A DNA stretch of 64,000 nucleotides, taken from the NCBI RefSeq assembly GCF_000142905.1, contig NW_013657673.1, positions 310,001 to 374,000 on the forward strand, given 5' to 3'. The position numbers and the translations under genes are program-made. Below, in pieces: positions 24,601-37,215 of this stretch (position 1 is its first letter; each line of letters begins with the position of its first letter). The notes below the pieces were generated by a model, which had not been told where the DNA came from, did not search any database, and saw only the letters and a program-made list of their open reading frames with translations. Source of the DNA: Thecamonas trahens ATCC 50062. Taxonomy: Eukaryota > Protista > Apusomonadida.

Positions 24601-27600
24601 TGAGCCTTATGTCGCCGCTCAGTCGCCGCCGCCAGCAACAACGCCCGCCGCAGTTGATGAGGGCTCCATGTTCGGGCCGGGCCTCTCGCCGACCGACGAC
24701 CACCTCCGCGTCCAAGTCCTCTTTGCCATGCTCACCATCTTCACCTCGCGGACGGTCATGGACTACTCGTTCCTCAAGGACTTTCTTCTCACCACCGTTG
24801 CGCGCCACTACCCGCTGGCGGCCAAGCGTGCGCTCCTCACCACCTTCCTGGACGACTTCTCCAAGTCGTCCGTCGCCGACGCTCGCAAGGTGGTCATGCT
24901 TGAGCACCTCATCATCCCCATGCTCACCATCTCGTTTGAGACCGGACAGGCCAACTTGCTCGACGCCGACATCATGGATTCGGTCATCAAGATCTTTGCC
25001 CAGCCGCAGCCAGCACATGCCGCCTCGGACGAGCTCTGCATTCAGATGCTGCAGCTTGCCACGCTCCTTGTCATCAACTGCTCTTCGCTTGTCGTCAACA
25101 ACCGCCGCAACGTCATTCGCTTTGCATGGTCACACCTCCGCTCTGTCGACTTTACCGCCCGCTTCTGCGGCTATGTCCTCGTCTGTCGCTTCATCGAGCA
25201 GTACGATACACCCACTAAGGTCATTCTACAGGTCTACGTCTCGCTGCTCAAGGCCCACCAGCCCGAGGCCCGCCTGCTCGTTAAGCAGGCGTTAGACATC
25301 CTCACCCCTGCCCTTCCGCATCGCCTCCCGGCCGGTGACCACCGCTATCCACCGTGGGTCAAGTGGACCAAGAAGATTGTGGTCGAGGAAGGCCACGACA
25401 CCTTCCAGCTCATCCACATCTGGTTCCTTGTCGTCCGCCACGCTGACATCTTTTACGCGACCCGCGCCCAGTTTGTCCCGCAAATGGTCAACTCGCTCAC
25501 CCGCATCGGCATCCCCAAGTCGGCGAGCTTTGACCAGCGCAAGCTCGCCGTCTCGCTCGCCGAGATCATTGTCGAGTGGGAGCACCGCGCAGCTCGTGAG
25601 CTCGAAGAGGCCGAGACCGCCGCTGCCGCCGCTGCTGAGGCCGCCGCCGCCGCTGCCGCACTCGCGGCTGGCAAAGCACCGCCGTCATCTTCCACAGCTT
25701 CTGCGACCGCCCTTGGCAAGCGTAAGCGGTCGCCGTCACCGGCGGACGCTGTCGCTGCTGCTGCTGCACCCGGCCCATCGCGCGCCGCCTCCAAGCGGGC
25801 CAAGTCGACTCGCTCCAAGGACGTTTCGGACGGCACGGCTGGCGGCGACGACGACAAGACCGAGGGTCTCTCGCTGCATGAGCTGGCAGTCCGCGCCGCG
25901 GCCAAGGCAGACGCAGCGCAGGTCGTGGTCGACGCCGCCAAGGCTGCGTCGAACCCCAAGCAGCAGGCGGCCATTACGAGCATGGTAGTCAACGCGCTCA
26001 TCCGCCTCGCCTGCCTCTGCGTTGGCCACAACGAGGCCAACCTCATGTCGCTGGCCCACCGCTGCGTCATCCTCCTCCGCCGCGCGCTCTGCATCTGGCC
26101 CAAGGCCGAGATCAAGTGGTCGTTCTTCAACAAGCTCTTCAGCAACTCGCAACAGACCAACGCCCAGACTATTCTCACCGCCATGGAGATCCTCAACATT
26201 GTTGTCTCGCGGCAGAAGAAGTGGTACACCCCGCGGGCGCTGCACCATCTCCTCAACGCTGTCCGCGACCTGTTCAAGCTCTCGGACCTGCGGACCATCT
26301 CGCGGCTCTCGCTCTTCCTCAAGCACCTCCGCGAGCCGTTCCCACCGGTCTCGCCCGACCCGCACGTCCGCCAGTTCTACGACGAAATCTACAAGTTTAT
26401 CAAGGCCGCCCAGAGTCGCAACGATGTTTCGTTCCTCATCGGCTCGGTCTTGGTGCTTGAGACCGTCGCCGCCGACCACTCGGAGGTTCTTGTCCCGTTC
26501 CTCACCTCGCTCATGGACGTTATGTCGCGCCTCCTCTCCGAGCACGTCCGCTACGTCCAGCAGATGATCGACCAGCAGTACCGTGGGCAGTCGGTTCAGC
26601 CGCGGACGAACGACCACCACTCGACTGTTGTTCAGGCTCTCATCTCGACCATCACCCTCATCAACACCCGGATCAACACCATGGGCTCGGAGCAGCGGTA
26701 TACGTTCCTCAAGTTCCTCGTGGTCCTTATCGAAAAGTCCAACGACATCACCCTCCTCTCCAAGATCACCGGCGTCGTGCGCGGCTGGATCGACGACTCG
26801 GACTCGCTCTACCCGACGTCCAAGGAGAAGACGCTTGTCCTTGTGAAGATGATGTGCTTTGAGCACTTTCAGGCTGCCCCGCTCTACACCGACTTTCTCA
26901 ACCTTGTCCACCACATTTACTCCAACCCGGCGTTCCAGCGCACTGAGCTCACCGCCCAGCTTGAGCCAGCGTTTATGATGGGCCTCAAGTCGCACAATCC
27001 GACCGTTCGCACCAAGTTCTTTGCCATCTTTGACCGCTCCATGTCGCGCACACTCGAGGGCCGCATCTCGTACATTCTCTCGGTCCAGTCGTGGGAGTCG
27101 CTCGGCAACGCGTTCTGGATCAAGCAGGCGCTCGACGTCCTGCTCTCGGTCCTCGACCTTGACGCTCCGCTTGCTCTCTCAGACGACTCGGCCCTCCTCC
27201 CGTCGCTCCTCGAACACGCGCCCATGCTTGCCGCGCACACTACCGCCCTCACCGAGGCTGCCGGCGGGAGTGCACCGGGCAAGGCGCGCGGCGGCCGCAA
27301 GGGCCGCAAGGCCGCTGCGCCGCAAGCGCCCACACTTGAGTCTGTCTCGCCGCCGTCGTGGATCGGCGACTCGTCGCTGCCGTCGGCGGCTTTGCTGCCG
27401 ACCCGTACTGACGGTGTCACCGAGCTCCTCGATGCACATGCGGCGGCGCTCGACAAGATGCGCGCAGTCAAGCTGGCTGACTTTGTGGCGCCCATCCGCG
27501 AGCTCTGCCATCAGAACCCGAACATGGCCTTCTACCTCTGGGTCCGCTTCTTCCCGGTTGTCTGGTCAGCGCTCGACAAGCCGCTGCAGGACCTCCTCGC

Positions 27601-30600
27601 CCAGCACATTACCTACTTGCTCTCGCAGCCGTATCACCAGATGCAGCGCTCCTCGCAGCCAAACGTGATCCAGGCCTTGCTTGAGGGCATTTCGCGAGTC
27701 TCGCCGCCGATCGACATTCCGGTCGAGCTCGTCAAGTACCTCGGCATCGAGTTCAACGCCTGGTTTACCGCCATCTCCATGTTTGAGGAAGCGGCAGTCG
27801 CCGACGGCTCGCATGCGTTCTCCGCGCCTGCAGCCGAAAGCTCCGACTCGCCCGCGCCGATGGACGTGGTTGAGGCTGGTAAGCCTGCGGCAACGGCCTT
27901 GCGCCCGGCCAAGCCGGTCGAGTCGGCCGAGGCTGCCAAGACCCGCGAGGCGAACCTCGAGGCGCTGGTTCAAGTCTACGAGGCGCTCAACGAGTCGGAC
28001 GCGTGCTACGGCGTGTGGTCGCTGCGCGACGTCAAGCCCGAGACGCTTGCCGCCATGTCGTATGAGCAGCACGGGCTGTATCAGCGAGCGCAGGACATTT
28101 ACTTTGCGACGATGACCGCGGCGCAGTCTGCGGCGGCCCGCCAGCCGGTCTCGGCCGCCGAGCTGGCGGTGTGGGAGGAGCACTGGATCCGGTGCTCACG
28201 ACAGCTCAATCAGTGGGACATCATCACCAAGTACGCGGCCGAGGCCGAACTCGCACCGCTCCTCCTCGAGGCAGCGTGGAAGTCTGGCGACTGGGCGCTG
28301 GAGAAGGAGCTTCTTGCGCAGACACAGGTCCGCCGCGAGACGCCGCAGCGCAAAATCTACCAGATCTACGTCGCCATCTTTGAGTCTGCGCCGCAGGATG
28401 TGGACAAGTACTGCATCGAGCTGCAGCAGCTCTGCCTCCACCACTGGATCTCACTGCCTGCCGTGGTCGGCGTCTCGCACATTCCGCTGCTCCAGCAGTT
28501 CCAGCAATTTGTGGAGCTGACTGAGTCTGCGCAGGTTCATACCTCAATCACACGGACGGACCAGCGGGCTTCAGTCCCGGAGCTCAAGTCGATTCTCAAC
28601 ACTTGGCGTGAGCGGCTGCCGAACGAGTGGGACGACCTGTACGTGTGGAACGAGTTGACCCAGTGGCGGCACCACGTCTTTGCCGCCATCAACGTCACGC
28701 TGCAGCAGTTTGTGGAGAGCAACCCTGCGCTGGCGTACATGGGCTACCATGAGACTGCGTGGACGATTAACCGGTTTGCGCACGTCGCGCGCAAGCACCA
28801 GCTCCTCGACGTCTGCCTCAACTCGCTCTCCAAAATCTACACCCTGCCCAACATTGAGATCCAGGAGGCCTTTGTCAAGCTCAAGGAGCAGGCCAAGTGC
28901 TACTTTGACCTGACCAAGGACTTGCGCGCCGGCCTCGGCATCATCAACAACACCAACCTGGACTACTTTGGCGATACCCAAAAGGCCGAGTTTTTCGAGC
29001 TCAAGGGCGAGTTCCTCGCTGCCATGGGCGAGCTGGAGGCCGCCAACTCGGCGTTTTCCACCGCGCTCTCGGTCTGCGACACGCTGGCCAAGGGCTGGGG
29101 CGCTTGGGGTGAGTTTTGTGAGAAGCTGCACGAGCTCTCGATCCTTGCGGCGAGGGGGAGTAGCGGCTCGAACGACACGGCTGCGTTGGATCGCCTCGCC
29201 GGGCCGAACGCGGTTGAGCCTGCGGCCGACGCCATGTCGCCGCAAGCGCGGTCGATGTCGTTTGCCACCCAGGCTGTGACTGCGTACGCCTTTGCAGCTG
29301 CCAACGCCGGCGACGCTGAAGGTCCCGGCTGGTCGCAGCGCTACCTGGCCCGGCTGGTGTGGCTCCTCGGCTTTGACGACGCCGATGGCACGCTTGATGC
29401 GGCCATCACCAAGTACGCCGCCGCGGTGCCGACCTACGCCTGGATCCCGTGGATTCCGCAGCTGCTCGACGGGCTGGTCCTCGGCGTTGCCTCTCGATCG
29501 GCCAAGGGACTGCTTGCATGCATCGGCCGCGAGTACCCGCAGGCGCTCTACTACGACCTGCAGATGGCCATCGCGCAGCTTGCGTCCGACGCGGGGATGG
29601 AGTCACAGCTCGTGGCGCTCCGCGAGTCGCGGTCGGAACACCTTGTGGAGTTCCTGCACCGACAAGCCACGCTGCACTTTGCCATTTCGGCGTGCCAGGT
29701 CCAAAACGAGAAGTACGCCAAGGCGACGCGCAAGCTCGCTGCTACCCAGAAAGCTGCCATACAGACGGCGACCAAGGCACAGGCCGCCGCCGCCGCCAAC
29801 GCGCCCGACGCCGCCGCGCTTACCGAGTCGGCCAAGCAAGCCGAAGTCCAGGCTGTTGCCGCCAAGAGCAACGCCGAGTCGGCCAGAAAGAACGTTGAGG
29901 ACCGCAAGAAGCGTAAGGACGAGGCCGAGGCCAAGGCCAAGATAGCACAGAACGCGGTCCTGGCCGACCTGCACTCGATCCCGAGTGGCGCGCCGGCCGG
30001 CCTTGGAGTCCTGCTTGAGATCGAGACTCGCATGATTTGCCAGCACCCGTTCCTTGTGGCCGACCTGTGGCTCCTCACCACCGAGCTCAATCTCGCGTTT
30101 GGACCGTCCCTGCCGGAGCGCCTCTTTGCGACGTGCCACGCCCTGCTCGAGGACGTGTACGAGGCCGCGCTGCCGAGCGACACTGCTGTCGCCGGCGAGC
30201 TGGCGGCCAAGGCCGAGGCGCTGGTGGCGGGCACGTTTGGTGAGGCGGCTCCTCCGTCGCCGTTGCACTCTGCGGCCACCGACGCCACGTTTGCCACCCG
30301 CTACTCGGCGCGGTTCACGGCTGACGTGGCTTCCGCTGGCACCGTTGGCGAGCTCGAGGCTGTTCTCCGCAAGTGGCTGCCACTGTTGCAGGCACGGGTC
30401 GAGGCTCATCCGCCGTCACAGGACCTTGTCCAGCTCTCGCCCAAGCTCGCGGCGTTTGAGAACCTCATGGTCGAGGTGCCTGGCCAGTTTTACGAGGGCG
30501 GCGTCGAGCCGACGAACCACATCTCGCTCGAGCGGATCAACTCGGAGGTGACTGTCATGCGGCGCAACTTTGCCACTGTTCGCCAGGTTGTCTTCCGCGG

Positions 30601-31694
30601 CGAGTCGGGCAAGCTGGTGCCGTTTGTCGTCACCGCGCACGACGCCAAGGTCGCCGCCGCCGAGATGCGGCTCATGCAGGCGCTCCGAGTCCTCAACAAG
30701 GTCCTCCGGTCGCGGAAGGAGACACGCAAGCGCGGCGTCGCCTTTTCGTGCCGCAGGTGGTCCCTCTCCTCGGCACAGCCGCGCTGACCCAGAACGCACT
30801 CCTGGTCACCTCGCTGCAAGAGGCACTGGTGCATGCGGGCGCACGGTCGGGCCAGCCAATCGATGCCGGCATCCGCGCCTTCCGCGACGCGCTCGGCGAG
30901 TCGGGCGACGACATTGCATCGCGTGTTGTTGCTTGGCGTGACGTCTCGCGCGACATCGTGCCGCCGTCGGCGCTGGCGCGGCTCGTGGCCAAGTCGTTCC
31001 CGAACCCGGCGCACCTGTGGGCCTTCAAGAAGCACTTTGCGGTCCATCTCGCTCTCACCTCGCTCGTCCGGCATGCACTCGGCGCGAAGCCGCGCAAGGC
31101 CGCCGACGTGCTCTTCTCGCTCCAGTCGGGCGAAGTGGTGCCGACCGGCATGTCGCCGCTGCCGCTCGACGCCGAAACGGGCGCGCTTGGCGCAACCTCC
31201 CCGGTTCCTTTCCGCCTCACGCCGAACCTCACCTCGTTCCTCGGCCCGATCTGCCTCAACGGCGTCTACCGTACCGCTATGCTCGCCGCCGCGCGGGTCC
31301 TCGTCGAGCCGGCTGTCAACGTCGGCGTCGTCATGCGCCTCCTCTACCGCGAGGAGCTGCTGGCGCGTCTAGGCCACTTCCCGGTAGCGGGCGGCGATGC
31401 TGACGACGCCAAGACCCACAAGGCCACCAAGTCGCGCCGCGGTGCCTCTGCCAAGGAGCTGACCGACGCCGCTGAGCCTTCAGCCGTCGTTGCCTCGCCG
31501 GACGCGCTCCGCGCTGCCATCAAGACCAACGTCGAGACCTTTACCTCAAAGCTCACCTCCGTCGCTGCCACGCCCAAGGACATGCCTGGCGACGCGCCCG
31601 TGGCCCTCGACTCCCAGGTCCAGGCGCTCATCGACTCGGCAACGTCCGCCAGTAACCTGGCGTCGATGCCGCCCTCGTGGCAGCCGTGGCTGTA
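18659..31694 (+). CDS. TRRAP: TRRAP/Tra1 PIKK pseudokinase; exon 1 18659-18719, intron 18720-18999, then one ~12.7-kb exon with apparent frameshifts at ~21864 and ~30745
   Basis: HEAT region with DNEVNALVCLRII, RKELLIATRHIL, LRPLAHSTLADLVHHVR, ELCLTVPVRLSALLPYL, QGLRTLELCVENL and RILGKLGGRNR. FAT region WRERLPNEWDD and KIYTLPNIEIQEAF. VPFRLTPNL. FATC end NLASMPPSWQPWL*. Confidence 0.95.
20455..20610 (+). repeat. 12-bp coding tandem repeat (GCCGACGCCAAG; ADAK/ADTK) within TRRAP
   Basis: About 12 degenerate units visible in both DNA and protein. Confidence 0.9.
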
Positions 31695-31949
31695 GTGTGT
31701 AAATAGTGATGAAACACAGCGCAGCCCTCGAGTCTGGCAATAAGGTGCGATAGAGGGGAGAGAAGCGGATGATATCGCCTTCTCGTGGCGCTACACGTGT
31801 CTCTTTGCTCCTCCAGGTCGGCGCCTGCTCCTATGGCGCGGGTCACGTCGCGAGGCCCTTCCCCGGCATCGTCGTGCTCATCAGTCGGAATTGACTCGCC
31901 GATCTCGTTGCTCGCCAGCGAAAGTAACGCTTTTCTTACTCCTGCAGCC

Positions 31950-33555
31950 ATGGCCGACGAGTACAAGCCCAAGGCGGTGCTCCTCACCGGCGGCGCAGGC
32001 TTCATGTACGTCCCCAGTTGAGCGAGCGGCAGCCAGCACTTATCCGGACAACAACGGCGGTACTCGCCTGAGAGCACTTGCCCTGCACCGCACATGCTGC
32101 CGGCACCGCTGCCCCCCCACGTGGCGGTGCCCGAGCCATGCATCCCCCGACATCCGTCCATTTTGCGACTTGCCCGCACTGCAGACCTGCTCCTATTCCG
32201 TCATGCACTCCGCAGCCCGCGGCGGCAGACGCGGCATGTCTTGCGCCCTTCTCGCCCGCCGCCTCCGCCCCGCCTCGCCCTCCACATCCACACCACATGC
32301 CATGGCGGTGGCCGAGGCTGCCGTCGTGCTGCCAGCAAGGCCTCAAGGCTCCACTCGCGGTTTTCTCGCACCGACAGCAAGTGCCCGAAGCCCGCAGCCC
32401 GGGCGGGTGCCGTCTGTCGAGTGAGCGCGACCGCGGCTCCCCTCCCCCCACGCCTGCCTCCCCCCTCCCCTCCCTTCACCCCTTCACACACACACGCGCA
32501 CGCATACTCACCCTCCCACTTGCGCGCGTAGTGGGTCGAACGTCCTCATCCACCTGGTGGAAAAGTACCCCGAGGTCCGTTGGGTCAACTACGACTCGCT
32601 CGAGTACTGCGCGTGCCTCAAGAACCTCGAGTCGATCGAGAGCGCGGACAACTACAAGTTCATCAAGGGCAACATCCTCAACGCAGAGCTCGTGACGTAC
32701 GTGCTCGAGTCTGAGAACATCGACACGATCATGCACTTTGCGGCGCAGTCGCACGTGGACAACTCGTTCGGTAACTCGATCCAGTTCACGGTGACCAACG
32801 TGCACGGCACGCACGTCCTGCTCGAGTCTGCCAAGGCATACGGCAAGATCCGGCGGTTTGTGCACGTCTCGACGGACGAGGTGTACGGCGAGTGCGAGGG
32901 CGACCACCTCGACGAGGACTCGATCCTGCGCCCGACGCAGCCGTATGCGGCGGCCAAGGCCGGAGCGGAGCACCTGGTGATGGCATACTACAAGTCATAC
33001 AACCTGCCGATCATCATCACCCGCGGCAACAACGTGTACGGCCCGCGGCAGTTCCCAGAAAAGGTTATCCCCAAGTTTGTCAACCTCATCATGCGTGGGC
33101 GCAAGTGCTGCCTCCACGGCGACGGCTCGGCGCAGCGCTCTTTCCTGCACGTGCAGGACGTTGCCGCCGCTTTTGACGTCATCCTCCACCGCGGTGCCAT
33201 CGGCGAGGTCTACAACATTGGTACCACCTTTGAGCTCTCGATGCTCGAGCTGACCAAGGTCCTGTACAAGGTCATGGGCCGCGAGTTTACTGACGACGCC
33301 GTCGAGTTTGTCGAAGATCGCAAGTTCAACGACTCGCGCTACGCCATTTCATCGGCTCGACTCGAGGCCCTCGGCTGGGCGCCGTCGATTGAGTTCGAGG
33401 CTGGCCTCAAGGCCACCATCGAGTGGTACGACGGCAACTGGGGCGACATCGAGGACGCGCTTGTCCCGCACCCGCGCCTCGTCACCGACCTCTCCAACCG
33501 TACCTCGTACCTCGTAGAGCCGTGTGCCTTCGCTGTGGCGATCGATGATAACTAA
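31950..33555 (+). CDS. UDP/dTDP-glucose 4,6-dehydratase (stand-alone RHM N-terminal-type/TGDS-like); exons 31950-32005 and 32532-33555
   Basis: Splicing GTACGT...TAG restores TGGAGFIGSN. HFAAQSHVDNSFGNS, HVSTDEVYG, YxxxK (YAAAK) and TRGNNVYGPRQFPEKVIP. Confidence 0.92.
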
Positions 33556-33736
33556 TTCCGGACGTGGAGTGCTCTGCACACGTACCCGCCTCCGAGGCCG
33601 CTAATGATTGAATCGAGTTGCGGAAGAGCGTGAATGGTGATGTGTGCACGGCGCAGCTTGCGTGGGCGAGCACACGAGACACGGTGGTGGAGCATGGGCA
33701 CGGACACACCTGTCGCTGTATCTTGAACTAATCACT

Positions 33737-35450
33737 ATGGCTTCTTCTGCTGATAAGTATGTGATGAGCAAGAGGGAGGAAGGGGGGAGGGGATTGGGGT
33801 TGTGGGTTGTGCGGTTGTGGGGTTGGTGGGGGTGGGGCTGAGGTGGCGGTGAGAGACGGGGGGAAGGGGGCAGGGGAGGGGGTGTGCCTGGGGGAGAATG
33901 CCAAGTCGACATAGTGTGTTGTTCGGGGCTAGCGAGGGAGACCAGGGAGGGGAAGGAGAGGGAAGGGGGCAGGGCAATGAAGGGTGTGTGTGCTCCCACG
34001 GTATCCTCTCTCTTCCCCTCCCCATTCCCCTTTCCTTCCCCCGTTTCCCTTTTACCCCCCCTCCCCGGCTTTGATCGCACGCGCACCTTGCCACTCACCA
34101 CACCACACACACCACGTAGCCTGCAGCTTTCATCGTCGCTCGGCAAGCTGGGGACCGAGACGGCATATGCTGGTACGTATGATTTGACTGTGTTGTACTT
34201 TGGCTAGGGATGGGGGATGGGGGATGGGGGGGGGGGGGACTGCTGTCCGCACGACCGACTCACGCCTTGTCGCCGTCGATACAAATATTTCAGTTGCTCT
34301 GGAGGCCAAGGCGCTGATCGCGGAAGGCAAGAAGGTGTACCCGATGCACATCGGCGACCTCAACTTTTCGACGCCGGCGTGCATCAAGGATGCGGCGCGC
34401 AAAGCGCTAGACGACGGCAAGACCGGGTACTGCCCGGCCGCAGGCATCCCGCCGCTTCGCGAGGCGCTCGCCAAGCACATCTCGTCGACGCGCGGGGTGT
34501 CGTACGGTCCCAACAACGTGTCGGTCCAGCCGGGCGGCAAGCCCGTGATCGGCAAGTTCCTGGCGGCAGTGCTGGAGGAAGGCGACGAGGTGCTCTATCC
34601 TTCGCCGGGCTACCCGATCTACGAGTCGCAGATCTCGTACTTGGGCGGCAAGTGTGTGCCGTACGGCTTTGTCGACGGGCCTGACGGGTTCTCGCTCGAC
34701 CTTGACGCGCTCGAGGCCAAGTTCTCGGACAAGACCAAGGTGCTCATCTTCAACAACTACGCCAATCCGGTCGGCTACGCCGCCTCTGAGGAGGAGCTCG
34801 AGCGCCTGGCCCGCATGGCCGTCGCCCACAACGTCTGGGTCCTTTCGGACGAGGCCTACTGGAATGTGGTCTACGACATCGAGGCCAAGTCAATCGCGTC
34901 GCAGCCAGGCATGGCCGAACGAACCGTCATCCTCTTCACCTGCTCCAAGTCGTGGGCCATGACTGGCTGGCGCTGCGGTGCAGCCATCGGGCCCGAGTCT
35001 GTCATCAAGGCCATCACCAAGTTCAACACCAATGCCGAGGCCTGCACCACCCATTTTGTGCAGTATGCCGCCGCTGAGGCGCTGTCTAACCCGGCCGCGA
35101 TGGAAGACTGCCGCGCCATCGTCGCCACCCTCAAGGAGCGCCGCGACGCCCTCGTTCCGGCCATCAACGCTATCCCGGGCTGGAAGTGCCACATGCCGAC
35201 CTCGACCTTTTACCTCTTCATCAACGTCACCGAGGCCATGGCCAAGATGGGCATGGGCGTCGCCGACCTTGAGGCTTTCCGCCAGCGTATCCTCGCCGAC
35301 ACTGGCGTCTCGTTCACCACCCGCGAGCACTTTGGCCGCACCATCGACGGCGAGTCCGATTGCTACATCCGCTTTGCCTACTCGGGCATCGATGCCGACG
35401 TTGCCGTCGAGGCCTGCGGTGTTCTCAAGGACTACTTTGAGGCACTCTAA
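33737..35450 (+). CDS. Class I/II PLP-dependent aminotransferase (bacterial aspartate aminotransferase-like); exons 33737-33756, 34120-34172 and 34294-35450
   Basis: The spliced N-terminus reads MASSADNLQLSSSLGKLGTETAYAVALEAKAL...MHIGDLNF. Also GYCPAAGIPPLREA, NNYANPVG, LSDEAY and PLP-lysine motif SKSWAMTGWRCG. Confidence 0.88.
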
Positions 35451-35676
35451 GTCTGGCTTGAGTTCAAGCCCTCCCCGGTCGCCTGAGTTTTACTCCTTTG
35501 CCGCCTCAACTCATAGCGTATGTCGACCCTCTTACATGGGAGTATAAATCGCGAGCCGCAGCCAACCCGAGAGGTTGTCAGTCTGGTGAATGCCGCCAGA
35601 CTACGGGTCCCGCCTCCGCGACACCAACCACGCCCGCCCAGTTGCGGCCACTCTTCTCCCCACATCCCACAAGGCC

Positions 35677-37197
35677 ATGTCCGAACCTGGCCGCGTCCGG
35701 TTTGCAGAGGGCATCGACACGGCAGCGCTAGACGCGCTACGGCACCGGCCACCGTCGCCTGAGAATGGCGGCTGTCGCGCGGCAACGGGCGGTAGCGCAG
35801 CAGGCGCAGGCGAAAGCCCAGGCAGCGGCATAGGTGCATCAACCTCGGCGGGCGGCGTGCTTTCGGCCCTGCAAGTGTCGGCGTCACCAAAGCTCCAGCG
35901 GATGCGGGCCTTGTCGGCCAAGCTGCACAGGTCGCTGGAGGTGCAGTCGGAGCGGTTCGGTGCGCTGGCCGCCGAGGGCTCGCACGACACCGGAGCGGTG
36001 GCGCCTGTGCTTGCGGCCGCGGCGCCGGACATGAGCGAGACGTACAACCTCGGTGAGCTGCGCGAGCGATATGAGGTGCTTGCGCTGCGGGTCAAGGCGC
36101 TTGCGCAGGAGAACGCACGCCAGCGCCACGAGCAGCGCCGACGCGCCCAGACCTACGCTCGTAAGGAGGACCGGCTCCGCCAGCAGCTCGCCGACAAGGA
36201 CGCCGAGCTGGCCAAGCTCAAGCTGCATGCCGCGGAGGACACCCGCATGGGGACTCTGCACGCGCTCAATGCAAAGATCCGCGACTCACTCACCGCCATC
36301 CAGGAGCAGGCTGAAGTCGAGCGCGATGAGCGCGAGCAGGAGCTTCTCACCGCTTTCAACGCCCGCATCATCAACGTCAACATGGAGATGGATCGTCTCA
36401 CGGACGCCTCGCAGTCGAAGAACGAGTGGATGGAGAAGGCCCAGGCGCTCGGCCAGCATCTCCAGTGGCTCACCACGCAGGCTGTGGCTCTCGACGCCGC
36501 TAACACCAAGCTCAAAGCCCGCAACGCCTCGCTCCGCACCTCCAACCTCTCACTCGTCGAGGAGCGCGACGAGCTCGCCCTGCGTGTTGTCCGCTTCAAA
36601 AAGCTCGCTGCTCAGGCCGAATATCAGGCTTCATTTACCGGCGACGGCGCCGCTGCCCGCCCTGCCTCGGCGCCCATCCGCCAGCGCAGGGTCTCCGGCG
36701 CCTCGCGGTCCTTGTCGCGCGCCGGTGCCTCGCCTTCGGCCTCGGACGATCTTACTGCGCTCGAACTGGAAAATGCTGGCCTCCGGACTCAGCTTGTTAT
36801 GGAGCAGGACCACGTTACTCGGCTCACCGACGCGTACGCAGCGCTTGCCTCGCTTCGCGACTCGGTCCTTTCCTTTGTGCACAACGCCATCCAAGACCAC
36901 GTCGTCATTCGCTACGATGGCTCGACCGTCCTCGACCGCCCGGCGCGCCTGGCTGCGACAGCGTCTCTCGCTGCTAACGAGACGCTGCTTCGCAACATCC
37001 AGGCCATCCTTGAGCATCCGCCAGCGCAAGCACAGCCGCCGCACACATCACTCGAATCAGCGGCGGGTGCCTCGTCGGAGGCTCACCGACCGTCGTCGTC
37101 GTCCTCGTCGCGCCCATCCACGCCGCTAGCTGCTGCCCCCATCTCGGTATCGCATCCCCACCAAGACTATTTTGCTGCTTTCCGCAAGGGGACATGA
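35677..37197 (+). CDS. Coiled-coil hypothetical protein
   Basis: Long ORF with host-like GC3-rich codons and heptad-rich E/Q/R/L/A segments. The start at MSEPGRVRF (GCCATG context) is inferred. Confidence 0.7.
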   Translation: MSEPGRVRFAEGIDTAALDALRHRPPSPENGGCRAATGGSAAGAGESPGSGIGASTSAGGVLSALQVSASPKLQRMRALSAKLHRSLEVQSERFGALAAEGSHDTGAVAPVLAAAAPDMSETYNLGELRERYEVLALRVKALAQENARQRHEQRRRAQTYARKEDRLRQQLADKDAELAKLKLHAAEDTRMGTLHALNAKIRDSLTAIQEQAEVERDEREQELLTAFNARIINVNMEMDRLTDASQSKNEWMEKAQALGQHLQWLTTQAVALDAANTKLKARNASLRTSNLSLVEERDELALRVVRFKKLAAQAEYQASFTGDGAAARPASAPIRQRRVSGASRSLSRAGASPSASDDLTALELENAGLRTQLVMEQDHVTRLTDAYAALASLRDSVLSFVHNAIQDHVVIRYDGSTVLDRPARLAATASLAANETLLRNIQAILEHPPAQAQPPHTSLESAAGASSEAHRPSSSSSSRPSTPLAAAPISVSHPHQDYFAAFRKGT

Positions 37198-37215
37198 CTA
37201 CGTTCTACAGGGCGG

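Noticed and set aside
30737-30756. 20-nt GT..AG micro-intron fixing the TRRAP frameshift
   Set aside because: It would delete the conserved F-x-VP stretch. One missing base at T4 is simpler, and the donor is atypical.
31700-31760. C/D snoRNA at GTGATGA (also ~63149)
   Set aside because: No properly placed CTGA D box or terminal stem.
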